64,000 nucleotides of DNA. Source: an uncultured Spirochaetota bacterium. GTDB lineage: Bacteria; Spirochaetota; Brevinematia; Brevinematales; JAOACQ01. A model generated the notes under the pieces. The model saw only the letters and a program-made list of their open reading frames with translations, was not told the DNA's origin and made no database searches. Where the stretch lies: the NCBI GenBank assembly GCA_963768055.1, contig CAVYGN010000001.1, forward strand, positions 1,472,001 to 1,536,000. The letters run 5' to 3'. Shown here piece by piece: positions 1 through 10,374 of the stretch (position 1 is the first letter of the stretch; each line of letters opens with the position of its first letter). The position numbers and the translations under genes were made by a program.

Positions 1-813
1 TTTATACTCACATTTCTATCGTATCCATTATTGCTCGCAATTGATAGGGGGAATTTTGAAATTATCCTGTTTCTTTTTCTGGGTTTTTTCCTTATTTTTT
101 ACATCAAGGATAAATGGTATTTATGCGCCGTCTTTTTGGGGGCCGCAATCGCGATGAAGGCCTTTCCGGTTCTTCTGCTTATCCTGTTTATTTATACAAA
201 AAAGTATAAAGAGGCCGCTTTTTGTATTACCGTAGCCTTTTTATTGAATTTTATTCCTCTTTTATTTTTTCAGGGCGGACCGTTCGATAATTTTAAAAGA
301 ATGTACATAAATATGCGATTATATATGGATACATACGCAGTCGGCGACGAGGGGCTTGATTACGGATGTTCCTTGTTCGGTATGATCAAGGCTTTCCTTT
401 ATCAATTCAATATAACCTCGGATATCAAGCTTGCGCTAAAACTTTATAATTATTTTGCACTGATAGCCGGCGTCTTAATTATCGGATATCTTATTGTTGT
501 AAAAATGCCTTTGTGGAAAAAAGCCGCGGTAATAGTTATCCTGATGTTACTGTTAACACCCGTTTCAGCCAGTTATAAGCTTTTGAGCATATTCATTCCT
601 ATTTATCTTTTCGTCAGGGAACAAGAATCGAATAAAGGCGATACAATATTCATAATTATATTCTCTTTGCTCTTAATACCTAAAAACATACGATTTATTC
701 ATAGCCTCTACGGCGGCGTTATAATCGACCCAATCCTGATGCTTGGTTTACTGGTACTATTATTATCCCGATACGGCGAGGCCGCATCGCCGAAAATACC
801 GTTGCATGCCTGA
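1..813 (+). CDS. Glycosyltransferase family 87 (DUF2029)-like polytopic membrane protein, 5'-truncated by the window edge
   Basis: Frame open from the window start; many hydrophobic helices; 'AIDRGNFE' and 'GAAIAMKAFP' resemble GT87 motifs. Confidence 0.6.
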   Translation, partial: FILTFLSYPLLLAIDRGNFEIILFLFLGFFLIFYIKDKWYLCAVFLGAAIAMKAFPVLLLILFIYTKKYKEAAFCITVAFLLNFIPLLFFQGGPFDNFKRMYINMRLYMDTYAVGDEGLDYGCSLFGMIKAFLYQFNITSDIKLALKLYNYFALIAGVLIIGYLIVVKMPLWKKAAVIVILMLLLTPVSASYKLLSIFIPIYLFVREQESNKGDTIFIIIFSLLLIPKNIRFIHSLYGGVIIDPILMLGLLVLLLSRYGEAASPKIPLHA

Positions 814-886
814 TAATCGTATAGTAACTTTTCTTTTGACATATTTTTTGACATAATGGCAAAATAGTAATAAACTGGAATTCTTC

Positions 887-960
887 AGTCAACAGTCATT
901 AGTCGAAAGTCAACAGATAGTGCGTCTGTAGGATGTTGACTAACGACTGTAGACTATAGA
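887..960. repeat. Inverted arrays of 7-bp tandem repeats (AGTCNNN)n...(NNNGACT)n, copy 1
   Basis: AGTCAAC-AGTCATT-AGTCGAA-AGTCAAC-AG ... GTTGACT-AACGACT-GTAGACT; shares AGTCGAAAGTCAACAG with 27051-27066. Confidence 0.8.
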
Positions 961-971
961 GGAGGTTTTTC

Positions 972-1526
972 ATGCTGCCCGATATTAACAATATAGCCAG
1001 AAGGATCAAAGAATTGAGGGATATCAACGGCGTTTCGCTTGAAAGCCTTGCCAGGGAATTTAAGGTTGATATCGATGAATATCAAAAATACGAAAGCGGA
1101 GAATCGGATATCCCGATCGGGTTCCTGTTCAGGATAGCGGGAAAATTCAATATAGATATGACGGCCCTTTTGACCGGAGAGGAACCCAAACTTAAGATGT
1201 TCAGCGTTGTACGAAAAAACAGGGGCGTATCGGTCGACAGGAGAAAAGAATATAAATACCAGGATCTCGCATATAACTTTATCGATAAAAAAGCGGAAGT
1301 TTTCATGGTTACGGTAGAACCTAAGAATGACGAAGCCTTGCCGTCATTTTATTCTCATGACGGACAGGAGTATAATTATATTATCGAAGGTACGCTCAAG
1401 GTGTTCATCGGTCCGCACGAAGTAACCCTTGAAGAAGGGGACAGCCTGTTTTTCAATTCGGGTTATAAACATGCAATGATAGCCCTTAACAATAAAATTG
1501 TCAGGTTCCTGGCGGTCGTATTGTAA
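972..1526 (+). CDS. XRE-family HTH transcriptional regulator with C-terminal cupin domain
   Basis: N-terminal HTH (IKELR...SLESLA...YESG); cupin 'HDGQEYNYIIEG...GDSLFFNSGYKH'; GGAGG RBS; usual partner of the downstream acyl-CoA synthetase. Confidence 0.9.
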   Translation: MLPDINNIARRIKELRDINGVSLESLAREFKVDIDEYQKYESGESDIPIGFLFRIAGKFNIDMTALLTGEEPKLKMFSVVRKNRGVSVDRRKEYKYQDLAYNFIDKKAEVFMVTVEPKNDEALPSFYSHDGQEYNYIIEGTLKVFIGPHEVTLEEGDSLFFNSGYKHAMIALNNKIVRFLAVVL

Positions 1527-1556
1527 TAATTATATTTTTTAATAAGGAAGGTCAAT

Positions 1557-3218
1557 ATGCTGGACAAATATCTCGCAAATACGAATTTCAAAGATTATGA
1601 GGATTTTTATAATAATTTCAGGATCAAAATCCCGGATAATTTCAATTTCGCTTACGATATAGTCGACGAATGGGCAAAAAGCGACCCTGACAAAACCGCC
1701 CTTGTATGGTGCGATGACAACGGCCGCGAGGCGAAATTCTCTTTCGCTATGCTCAGGGATCAGTCGAGCAGGACAGCCGCTTTTTTCACTTCAATAGGAA
1801 TAAAAAAAGGCGATCCTGTCATGCTGATACTTAAAAGGCGCTATCAATTCTGGTTTTGCATGCTGGCCCTCCATAAAATCGGCGCAGTCGCTATACCCGC
1901 CACACATCTTCTGACCTCTAAAGATATAATTTACAGGAATAACGCGGCTGATATCAAGATGATCGTCTCAGTGGGAGATATCGAGGTCCTCGATCATGTC
2001 GATGAAGCCTCGCCAAAGTCGCCGACTCTCAAAATAAAGGTGAAAATAGAAGGTGAAAACCGGGAAGGATGGTATGACTTTGACAGCGGGATCTCGAAAT
2101 TTGAACCGAAATTCGAACGCCCTGCCGGCCCCGAAGCGATAAAGAACAGCGATATGTTCCTGCTTTACTTTACATCGGGAACAACAGGTATGCCTAAAAT
2201 GGTAGCTCACAACTTTACTTACCCCCTCGCTCATATAATTACATCGAAATACTGGCAGAACGTAAGGGATAACGGGCTTCACCTTACAGTTTCCGATACA
2301 GGGTGGGCAAAGGCGGCATGGGGGAAGATCTACGGCCAATGGATATGCGGAAGCGCGGTATTTGTGTACGATTACGGCACAAAGTTCAAACCCAAAGACC
2401 TGCTCGGCATTATCGAAAAATACGGGATCACCTCTTTCTGCGCTCCGCCGACCATTTACAGGTATCTGATCAAGGAGGACCTGACCCTTTTCAACTTTTC
2501 GAAACTCGAATACTGCACCGTGGCGGGAGAGCCTCTTAATCCCGAAGTCTATACGCGTTTCCTGGAGCAGACCGGTTTAAAATTGATGGAGGGTTACGGT
2601 CAAACCGAGCTCGTTGTAAGTATAGCCAATTTCAAGGGAATGGAACCCAAACCCGGATCTATGGGAAAGCCGTCTCCGGGATACGATATAAGGCTTCTAA
2701 ACGACGAAGGAAAATCATGCGAAATAGGAGAGGAAGGGCAGATAACGGTAAAGACCGATATAAATAAACCATGGGGAATATTTGACGGATATTACCGTGA
2801 CAGTGATCTTACTAAAAAATCCTGGCATGACGGTTTTTATTATACGGGCGATATGGCCTGGAGGGACGAGGACGGTTTCTTCTGGTTCGTAGGAAGGGCA
2901 GACGATCTTATAAAGAGTTCCGGCTACAGAATCGGACCGTTTGAAATTGAGAGCGCTCTTCTTGAGCACCCGGCTGTAATGGAATGCGCTATAACCGGGG
3001 TACCTGACCCCGACAGGGGCCAGGTGGTGAAGGCTACCGTAACCCTTGCCAAGGGTTATACTCCCAGCGATGAACTTAAAACCGAACTGCAGGAGCATGT
3101 TAAAAAGGTGACCGCCCCTTATAAATATCCAAGGATAATAGAATTCGTTAACGAATTGCCGAAAACCATAAGCGGCAAGATCCGCAGGGTTGAGATAAGG
3201 GAATCCGATATAGAATAA
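1557..3218 (+). CDS. AMP-forming acyl/acetyl-CoA synthetase
   Basis: [27 protein letters not shown] and [10 protein letters not shown] adenylation motifs. Confidence 0.92.
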   Translation: MLDKYLANTNFKDYEDFYNNFRIKIPDNFNFAYDIVDEWAKSDPDKTALVWCDDNGREAKFSFAMLRDQSSRTAAFFTSIGIKKGDPVMLILKRRYQFWFCMLALHKIGAVAIPATHLLTSKDIIYRNNAADIKMIVSVGDIEVLDHVDEASPKSPTLKIKVKIEGENREGWYDFDSGISKFEPKFERPAGPEAIKNSDMFLLYFTSGTTGMPKMVAHNFTYPLAHIITSKYWQNVRDNGLHLTVSDTGWAKAAWGKIYGQWICGSAVFVYDYGTKFKPKDLLGIIEKYGITSFCAPPTIYRYLIKEDLTLFNFSKLEYCTVAGEPLNPEVYTRFLEQTGLKLMEGYGQTELVVSIANFKGMEPKPGSMGKPSPGYDIRLLNDEGKSCEIGEEGQITVKTDINKPWGIFDGYYRDSDLTKKSWHDGFYYTGDMAWRDEDGFFWFVGRADDLIKSSGYRIGPFEIESALLEHPAVMECAITGVPDPDRGQVVKATVTLAKGYTPSDELKTELQEHVKKVTAPYKYPRIIEFVNELPKTISGKIRRVEIRESDIE

Positions 3219-3223
3219 TTGAT

Positions 3224-3254
3224 GGAACCACAGATTCCACAGATTAGCACAGAT
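3224..3254 (+). repeat. Orphan CACAGAT tandem array, a half-end of the GxxExxY cassette family at 38124-38701
   Basis: GGAACCACAGATTCCACAGATTAGCACAGAT closely matches the reverse complement of 38629-38662 (TGAAACCACAGATTCCACAGATAATCACAGAT). Confidence 0.75.
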
Positions 3255-3371
3255 CTATAGTATTATAAATATCAGTTAAACTAATTGACAGAGCTAGAGA
3301 TTATCATATCTTCTATAAGTCTGGACTGGGCCTTCGAAAGCGTCAAGCCAATTAATAAAAGGGGGCAGTTC

Positions 3372-5732
3372 ATGAAGAAAACTATTGTAAAATTATTTAC
3401 CGCCGTGCTGTTTTTTTTTATTCCGCTTATGTTGCCGGCCATGGATCTTTTCGAAGCCGCTACAAAGGGAAATACCGGTTTTATATCATCATATATTAAA
3501 AGCGGCGGCAATATAAATATAACTGATAATAGCACTGAAACGGCTTTAATGCTGGCCGCCCGTTTCGGCCATGCTGACTGTGTAAAACTGCTGATTGAAG
3601 CCAAAGCCGATATCAATGCTAAGGATAATGGCGACTGCACTGCTTTGATGTACGCTGCGGATTCAGGAAATGCTGAAAGTGTAAAGCTTTTGATCGACGC
3701 TAAAGTCAAGAATGTCAATGCAAAATCTAGGTATGGTAAGACGGCCTTAATGTGTGCTGCCCAATCCGGCCTCACTGACTGTGTAAAACTGTTGATTGAA
3801 GCCAGAGCCACTGTCAATGCTAAGGATAATGGCGACTGGACTGCTTTGATGTATGCTTCCTTGGGGACTAACTATATAGGAAATGCGGACGCGGTTAAAG
3901 CGTTAATCTCGGCGGGGGCCAATGTCAATGCTAAGAATAATGCCGGCCAGATTGCTTTGATGTGTGCAGCTGGGTTAGGGAATGCGGACGCGGTTAAAGC
4001 GTTAATCTCGGCGGGGGCCAATGTCAATGCTAAGGATAATGGCTACCGGACTGCTTTGATGAGTGCCGCGGATTCAGGAAATGCCGATTGTATAAAGCTT
4101 TTGATCGACGCTAAAGTCAAGAATGTCAATGCAAAGGATGAAATAGGTTTTACGGCTTTAATGTATGCTGCGGATTCAGGAAATTCTGAAATTGTAAAAC
4201 TGCTGATCGACGTTAATGCCGATGTCAATGCAAAGGATCTTGATGATGACACAGCATTGATGTATGCAATTACTTCAAAAAAAAATCCCGCCGAATGCGT
4301 TAAACTGCTTCTTGCCGCGGGGGCCGATTTCAAATGCAAGAACAGCTTATACAACCGCTTAAATTTTTATGGAACGGCTCTGGAGATAGCTGAACAGATG
4401 GTTGGTGAATCATCATATGAAAATAATCCCGGCATCGATATAGTCAGACTCCTTATCGGCGCCGGGGAAGTTGAGAATATATATAATGCAGCAATAATCG
4501 GCGATACGAACTTCATTAAATCATATATAAAAAAGGGAAAGAATATAAATGATAAATACTATTTCAAAGGTGTTCTTACTACAGCTTTTTCATCCCCGTT
4601 AATCGTAGCGGCTTCACTCGGCCGGGCGGATTGCGTGAGACTTTTTATCGATGCAGGGGCAAATTTGAATGAAACTAATTTGAATGGTACGGCTTTATTT
4701 CATGCCGTCTTATATAATCATCCCGACTGCTTAAAACTTTTGATCGGCGCCGAAGCAGACCCTTATATTGGCCCGGATCCACTTTCTGCAGCTTCTGAAA
4801 ATGGCTATTCGGACTGTATGAAGCTTCTGATAAATCCCGCCAGTATAAAAAAATTCGGCACTGACGCCCTGTGCGGTGCGCGCAATGTCGATTGCCTCAA
4901 ACTGCTCGTCGATGCGGGGGCCGATGTTAATGGCGTAAACAAAGACGGATTGAGGCCTTTAGTTTATTTTTCAACCAGTTCGTTAAGCGCAGATTCGAGA
5001 ATTTTGAATTACATCATCAAATCGGGAGCCGATGTCAAAAAATACGGAGGAGAGGCCCTGACAAGGGTCTTCAGTTATAATTTATCTAAGCACCCAGGGC
5101 CGAGTTCAATTCATATCGAAACTCCCGGGCAGCGCTATGAAGAAAAAGAAATGACGGAAAAAGAAGCTGAAGAATTTGCTGAAAAACATCCGCTGTGGAA
5201 TACTCGTGAAGTTATTGACGATGACAGATTTTCCGCACCTATGGTAAAACTCCTGTTAATTGCAGGCGCCGATCCGAATTATCGGGATAAATCGGGCAAA
5301 TGCGTTATGGATCTTGCCGAGGATCATATCGCGGCATACTGCATGAGCTTATTAGCCGGCGCGGGCGCTAAAAAAGCCCCTTCGTCAATTTATTTTAGCG
5401 GCGGCATAACATTGCCGGTTAAAAATATTAATAATTCGGAAGATATTTTTCTTGCAGGCATAATCAACGATACCGGCTTTATCGACTCTTACATAAAGAG
5501 CGGCGGAGATGTAAATGCTCTTGATTTTTATGGAGATACGGCCCTGATCCGGGCTTCCGAATATAACAACAAAGACTGCATCAAGAAGCTGCTAAATGCC
5601 GGGGCCGATCCCAACATAGCGAATCAATTGGCAAAGACTGCCCTGCTTTATGCCCAGCAAAACAAGGATGATGAAACGGTTTCATTATTAAAAAATGCCG
5701 GGGCTACAAATACTATACTGCCTGGTTTTTAG
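3372..5732 (+). CDS. Exported ankyrin-repeat protein
   Basis: ATG at 3372 after a purine-rich tract gives MKK plus a hydrophobic signal peptide; many 33-aa TALMxAA...ADVNAKD repeats. Confidence 0.9.
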   Translation: MKKTIVKLFTAVLFFFIPLMLPAMDLFEAATKGNTGFISSYIKSGGNINITDNSTETALMLAARFGHADCVKLLIEAKADINAKDNGDCTALMYAADSGNAESVKLLIDAKVKNVNAKSRYGKTALMCAAQSGLTDCVKLLIEARATVNAKDNGDWTALMYASLGTNYIGNADAVKALISAGANVNAKNNAGQIALMCAAGLGNADAVKALISAGANVNAKDNGYRTALMSAADSGNADCIKLLIDAKVKNVNAKDEIGFTALMYAADSGNSEIVKLLIDVNADVNAKDLDDDTALMYAITSKKNPAECVKLLLAAGADFKCKNSLYNRLNFYGTALEIAEQMVGESSYENNPGIDIVRLLIGAGEVENIYNAAIIGDTNFIKSYIKKGKNINDKYYFKGVLTTAFSSPLIVAASLGRADCVRLFIDAGANLNETNLNGTALFHAVLYNHPDCLKLLIGAEADPYIGPDPLSAASENGYSDCMKLLINPASIKKFGTDALCGARNVDCLKLLVDAGADVNGVNKDGLRPLVYFSTSSLSADSRILNYIIKSGADVKKYGGEALTRVFSYNLSKHPGPSSIHIETPGQRYEEKEMTEKEAEEFAEKHPLWNTREVIDDDRFSAPMVKLLLIAGADPNYRDKSGKCVMDLAEDHIAAYCMSLLAGAGAKKAPSSIYFSGGITLPVKNINNSEDIFLAGIINDTGFIDSYIKSGGDVNALDFYGDTALIRASEYNNKDCIKKLLNAGADPNIANQLAKTALLYAQQNKDDETVSLLKNAGATNTILPGF

Positions 5733-5757
5733 GACCGCCTCCGGGTCGGGAAGGTTG

Positions 5758-7404
5758 ATGAAAAAAGCTGTTTTTGGAACCGCCCTTATTATAATATTTT
5801 TTGTTTTTTCTATCGCTGACTTTGCAAGATCGGATGATTTATTTTTAAAATTGGGCAGGATCGCTTCAGCCGGGGAGATGCAGCCCGAAGACACTAACAT
5901 AATAAATGCATTTGTCGCGAAATACGGGGGTAATTATGTCTATACGAATTTTTACACGAACAGTGATGGTTCGGCGGCTTCAAACCTATTTTGCATTATA
6001 GACCTGTTTAGCTTTTTTCCTTCTTATAAAACCTTCGATATCCTTCCGGAAGTTCAATACCTCGATAGTATCGGCGCAAAAAGGAAATGGGATATCGATT
6101 ACTTTTTTGTAAACGCATGCCAGCGGGGTTACCTGGATTTGATCGAATATTATTTGAAGAAAGGGGCGAATATAAATTTTGTATATACTAACGGCAACTG
6201 GACAGGTTTTCAGGTTGCGGTGCAGTCATATAATTACAATCCGGAAGTCATAACTTATCTTTACAGGCATGGGGCGGATATTCATGTTTTGCCGAAAGAT
6301 AAATATACGTTTGACATGATTCTAGATAAAGTCTACAGGCATGGGGATTACACTAACCTGATCTATCTTATAAAACATGGTTACCGGTCGCAATCGATCG
6401 AAGATGACATTACCGGAACGCATTGGTATACAAATTTATACTCGAAGACCGAGCTCGACGATATCTTGAAATATATTCATGCAAGCAATAAAGAGATCAG
6501 ATTCAGCGACATTAAGAATGAAGCGATGCGCGAATTGTCCGCCATTGGGGCATGGTTTTCCGATCAATTCCCTAAAATACTGAATATAATCAGAATAATC
6601 GTATTTGTTCTCACCTTAGCGTCACTTGTATATTTTGTCGGGTTAAACCTAATAAACATGATTTTAACCGGCTATTTCAGGAAAAAGGATATTTGCGATT
6701 ACGTTATTAAGGGCGATAAAAAGCGGGTATTGAAATGCCTGGGCAGGGGAGCTGATGTAAATGCAGAAAATAAACTTGGCTATACTCCTTTATCTTTAGC
6801 CGCATATAAGGGGGATAGCGGGATATTGAAGATATTGATAAATTCGGGGGCAAAGGTAAATAAAAAAACCGGATTCGACATTGATGCTCTCATGGGCAAA
6901 GCATTCGCATGCTATACTGCCACGGTCTGGACATTGATCGAATCCGGAAACGACAATTTCGAATCGATAAGCGACTATGAGGCCTATCGATGCATGAAAT
7001 TTACAAGCCGGGGAAAGGCGGAAGGCGTGACGGCATTGATGACAGCTTCTTATGCGGGTATTTTCCGCGATAATTATGAAGTCATGAAAGAAATGCTCAA
7101 TGCAGGGGCCGATCCGGACATTCGCGATGCGGAAGGCTGCTCCGCTTTGATGTTCGCCTGCCTTTACCGGCATGTGAAACAGGTAAGATTATTGATTGAA
7201 AAGGGCGCCGATGTCAATGCAAAGAGCTTTAAAAAATTTACGCCTTTGATCGTCGCATCCGTTCATGGCTTCGCTGAAATTGTCGGGCTTTTACTTGAAG
7301 CGGGGGCGGACATAAACACCAAAACAGACGAAGGCATGACAGCCGCAGATTTTGCTAGAAAGAACAATCATAAAAATGTTTTAGATATTTTAGAAAAAAA
7401 ATAA
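5758..7404 (+). CDS. Membrane-anchored ankyrin-repeat protein
   Basis: ATG at 5758 (MKKAVFG..., N-terminal hydrophobic segment); ANK repeats on both sides of a central TM helix (IIRIIVFVLTLASLVYFVGLNLI). Confidence 0.85.
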   Translation: MKKAVFGTALIIIFFVFSIADFARSDDLFLKLGRIASAGEMQPEDTNIINAFVAKYGGNYVYTNFYTNSDGSAASNLFCIIDLFSFFPSYKTFDILPEVQYLDSIGAKRKWDIDYFFVNACQRGYLDLIEYYLKKGANINFVYTNGNWTGFQVAVQSYNYNPEVITYLYRHGADIHVLPKDKYTFDMILDKVYRHGDYTNLIYLIKHGYRSQSIEDDITGTHWYTNLYSKTELDDILKYIHASNKEIRFSDIKNEAMRELSAIGAWFSDQFPKILNIIRIIVFVLTLASLVYFVGLNLINMILTGYFRKKDICDYVIKGDKKRVLKCLGRGADVNAENKLGYTPLSLAAYKGDSGILKILINSGAKVNKKTGFDIDALMGKAFACYTATVWTLIESGNDNFESISDYEAYRCMKFTSRGKAEGVTALMTASYAGIFRDNYEVMKEMLNAGADPDIRDAEGCSALMFACLYRHVKQVRLLIEKGADVNAKSFKKFTPLIVASVHGFAEIVGLLLEAGADINTKTDEGMTAADFARKNNHKNVLDILEKK

Positions 7405-7454
7405 ATGATGTTCCGGCCAGCCGGCCGAATCCGCTTAACTGATGTTTGTGTCCG

Positions 7455-9401
7455 TTAAATTCCCTTTTCCATGAGGCTTATCATCATGCGGTTGAATTTT
7501 ACCGGATCGGCAAGGTCCGCGCCCTCGGCCATCAATGCGTAATCGAGCAAAAGTTCCGCATAATCTTCCAGAAGCGCGTCATTTTTATCTTTTTCGAATC
7601 TCCCGGAGATTTTTAAAATCAGAGGATGATTCGGATTTATTTCAAGGATCCTTTTTTTAAGCGGGGCCAATGCATCCGAGTCTTTTCTCATTACTTTTTC
7701 AAGGTACGGGCTTACATCAAATTCATCGCCCGTGATGCAGGCGGGGGAATTTACAAGCCTCAATGAAATTCTCGCTTCCTTGATATATTTCTCAAGTTTC
7801 TGGCCGAGAAATTTAAGAAGCTCCCCGAATTCCTTCTGTTTGTCTTTAAGCGCATCATCATTTTTTTTCTTTTCATCCGGGCTTTCCAGTTCTATATCGC
7901 CCTTCTCGATGGATTTGATCCTCTTGCCCTTATATTCGATCAAAGACCCGGTCATTATTTCATCAACCGGGCTGAGAAGGAAAATAACCTCGTAATCTTT
8001 AAGCTTTAAAGCTTCAAGGTGGGGGGAATTTTCCGCGATATTCCTCGACTCCGAGGTGAGAGTATAAATATATTTCTGTCCATCCTTCATCCTGCCGATG
8101 TATTCGTCAAGATTCGTCAATTCCTTATCATCGTGATTCGATTCAAACAATATAAGGGGAGCGATTTTTTCTTTGTTTTCATAATCCGATATTATTCCTT
8201 CCTTAAGGGCATTTCCGAATTCCAGCCAGAACTTTTTATAGAGGTCTTTTTCATTATTGTACATTTCAAGGAGGCTGTCGATAACCTTTTTAGTCAAACT
8301 TTTTTTCATTTGTGAAACATTCCTGTCCTGCTGCAGCATTTCCCGCGAAATATTAAGGGGAAGATCCGATGATTCGACAACGCCTTTGATGAACCTGAAG
8401 TATTTTGGAAGAAGTTCCTCGAACGCTTCCATAATAAGGACTCTTTTTACATATAGCTGCAGGCCGCTCTTATAACCCTGGTAAAATAGATTGAACGGGG
8501 CCTTGGACGGGATAAAAAGCAGGGAATGAAATTCAACTGTCCCCTCGGCTTTATAATAAATTGTTTTCAGCACTTCATTCCAATCATGAGATATATGCCT
8601 GTAAAATTCGTTATATTCTTCCGGTTTTACTTCCGTCATCGGCCTGGTCCAGATCGGTTTCATGGAATTAAGGACCGAGTCTTCGGTTTTAGTGATTTTT
8701 TTACCGTCCTTTTTCGGTTTTCCTTCGGCGTCCTTTTCAATCTCTTCAATCTCATGCTTGATAACAATTGGGTAATTTATAAAATCCGAATATTTTTTAA
8801 CTATATTGGAAATAGTATAGAAATCGGTATAATCCTCGATGCCGTTTTCTACATCGACGGGCTTGAGGTGCAGAGTGATGGCCGTTCCATGACTTTGTTT
8901 TTCGGATGGAGATATTGTATATTCGCCTTCTCCATTCGATTCCCAGTGATAGGCGGCCTCTTCCCCGGCTTTTTTTGAGTCGATCGTAACATGATCTGCC
9001 GCCATGAATGCGGAATAAAAGCCCACTCCGAACTGGCCTATCATTTCATTTATTGAAGAGTCGGTTTTGTTTTCTTTTAAATTTTTTATGAATTCCTGGG
9101 TCCCGGACCTTGCTATCGTTCCAATGTGCAAGACCAGGTCTTCATGGCTCATGCCTATTCCATTATCCCTGACCGTTAATGTCCTTGCTTTCGCATCGGT
9201 TTCAAGGCGTATCTCTAATTTTTCACCCGGAAGCAGCAATTCCGGTTTTGTGATCGCTTCAAACCTTATCCTGTCAATCGCATCCGAAGAATTGGATATA
9301 AGCTCCCTTAAAAAGATTTCCTTGTTGGTGTAAATGGAATGAACCATTAAATTCAGCAATTGTTTGCTTTCTGCCTGAAAAGTAAATTTTTCGGTGCTCA
9401 T
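7455..9401 (-). CDS. htpG: Molecular chaperone HtpG (Hsp90)
   Basis: FQAE, IFLRELISNSSDA, DNGIGM, IGQFGVGFYSAF, LPLNISRE, LEINPNHP; start placed at MSTEKF. Confidence 0.97.
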   Translation of the reverse strand: MSTEKFTFQAESKQLLNLMVHSIYTNKEIFLRELISNSSDAIDRIRFEAITKPELLLPGEKLEIRLETDAKARTLTVRDNGIGMSHEDLVLHIGTIARSGTQEFIKNLKENKTDSSINEMIGQFGVGFYSAFMAADHVTIDSKKAGEEAAYHWESNGEGEYTISPSEKQSHGTAITLHLKPVDVENGIEDYTDFYTISNIVKKYSDFINYPIVIKHEIEEIEKDAEGKPKKDGKKITKTEDSVLNSMKPIWTRPMTEVKPEEYNEFYRHISHDWNEVLKTIYYKAEGTVEFHSLLFIPSKAPFNLFYQGYKSGLQLYVKRVLIMEAFEELLPKYFRFIKGVVESSDLPLNISREMLQQDRNVSQMKKSLTKKVIDSLLEMYNNEKDLYKKFWLEFGNALKEGIISDYENKEKIAPLILFESNHDDKELTNLDEYIGRMKDGQKYIYTLTSESRNIAENSPHLEALKLKDYEVIFLLSPVDEIMTGSLIEYKGKRIKSIEKGDIELESPDEKKKNDDALKDKQKEFGELLKFLGQKLEKYIKEARISLRLVNSPACITGDEFDVSPYLEKVMRKDSDALAPLKKRILEINPNHPLILKISGRFEKDKNDALLEDYAELLLDYALMAEGADLADPVKFNRMMISLMEKGI

Positions 9402-9427
9402 ATCTATTCTCTTAACCTCCAAGTTAA

Positions 9428-10351
9428 TTATAATCCGCCGAGACTGGTATCCGATGTGTTTGTAGATATTTGATTTGACGTATTGTTGGCAATATTCGAG
9501 AATAATGAATGGATTGATTCGTAAATTCTTCTGCTGAAAAGGCTGATCTGTGAATTATTAGGCCCCAAAAATAGAGTGGGCATCGTTTCCCTGCCCATGG
9601 TAACGGCCTTAAACGCCATGAAATGGAGATGAGGCCCTGTAGTAAAACCCGTGTTCCCGCTGTAGCCTATGATCTGCCCTTTTTTGACCATATCGCCGAC
9701 TTTTAGCAAACTGCCGTTTTTCATCAAATGGACATACTCGCTGAAAGTGCCGTCGTTATGATAAACCGTTATATAATTTGCCATATTCATATACCGGAAT
9801 CTCCTGCCCCCGAAGCCCGAATCCTGCTTCACGTCGACAACTATGCCATCCCTTGCCGCACAGACAGGCGTTCCTATAAACATGCCGAAATCCAGCGAAT
9901 ACCTGATCCATCCCTGATGTGAAATCCTTCCGTTATAACCCTGGTTTATCATATGGCTTGTGCCCTCTTCAAAGGGAATAAAATATACGTAATTCAAGTC
10001 TGGTTTGACGTCGGGATCTCCTAAAACCTCATCGACGTTATAGATCAGGCTGTTCGAGGGGTTTTGCCAGGTTATAACACTGAATAGATATACCCCTTTT
10101 TCCTTTGGTTTAAGCTTGGAGTAGAAGGGTATATGAGTACTGACAACCAGAGGTTGAGTATTTTTAAAATTTACCATTATTTGAATAGGGCAATAATTCT
10201 CATTATCAGCGTAAAACACATACTCATGGTCGCCGGCTTTCAAATAATAAACTTTAACATAATTGGAGGCATGGCTCAATGTCATCGATAGCAGGGATAC
10301 TGCAATAATAAATAAAAATGTCTTTAAAAAAAAATACGGTTTTGTATGCAT
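9428..10351 (-). CDS. Secreted M23-family metallopeptidase
   Basis: Signal peptide; H...SLDF, GTPVCAARDG, YVHL, GNTGFTTGPHLHF. Confidence 0.88.
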   Translation of the reverse strand: MHTKPYFFLKTFLFIIAVSLLSMTLSHASNYVKVYYLKAGDHEYVFYADNENYCPIQIMVNFKNTQPLVVSTHIPFYSKLKPKEKGVYLFSVITWQNPSNSLIYNVDEVLGDPDVKPDLNYVYFIPFEEGTSHMINQGYNGRISHQGWIRYSLDFGMFIGTPVCAARDGIVVDVKQDSGFGGRRFRYMNMANYITVYHNDGTFSEYVHLMKNGSLLKVGDMVKKGQIIGYSGNTGFTTGPHLHFMAFKAVTMGRETMPTLFLGPNNSQISLFSRRIYESIHSLFSNIANNTSNQISTNTSDTSLGGL

Positions 10352-10374
10352 TATTTTCCCGCTCCAAATAGAAA

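Noticed and set aside
3372..4300. 99-bp periodic repeats as a CRISPR array or DGR template/variable repeats
   Set aside because: They are in-frame ankyrin units; there are no unique spacers, cas genes or reverse transcriptase in the window.
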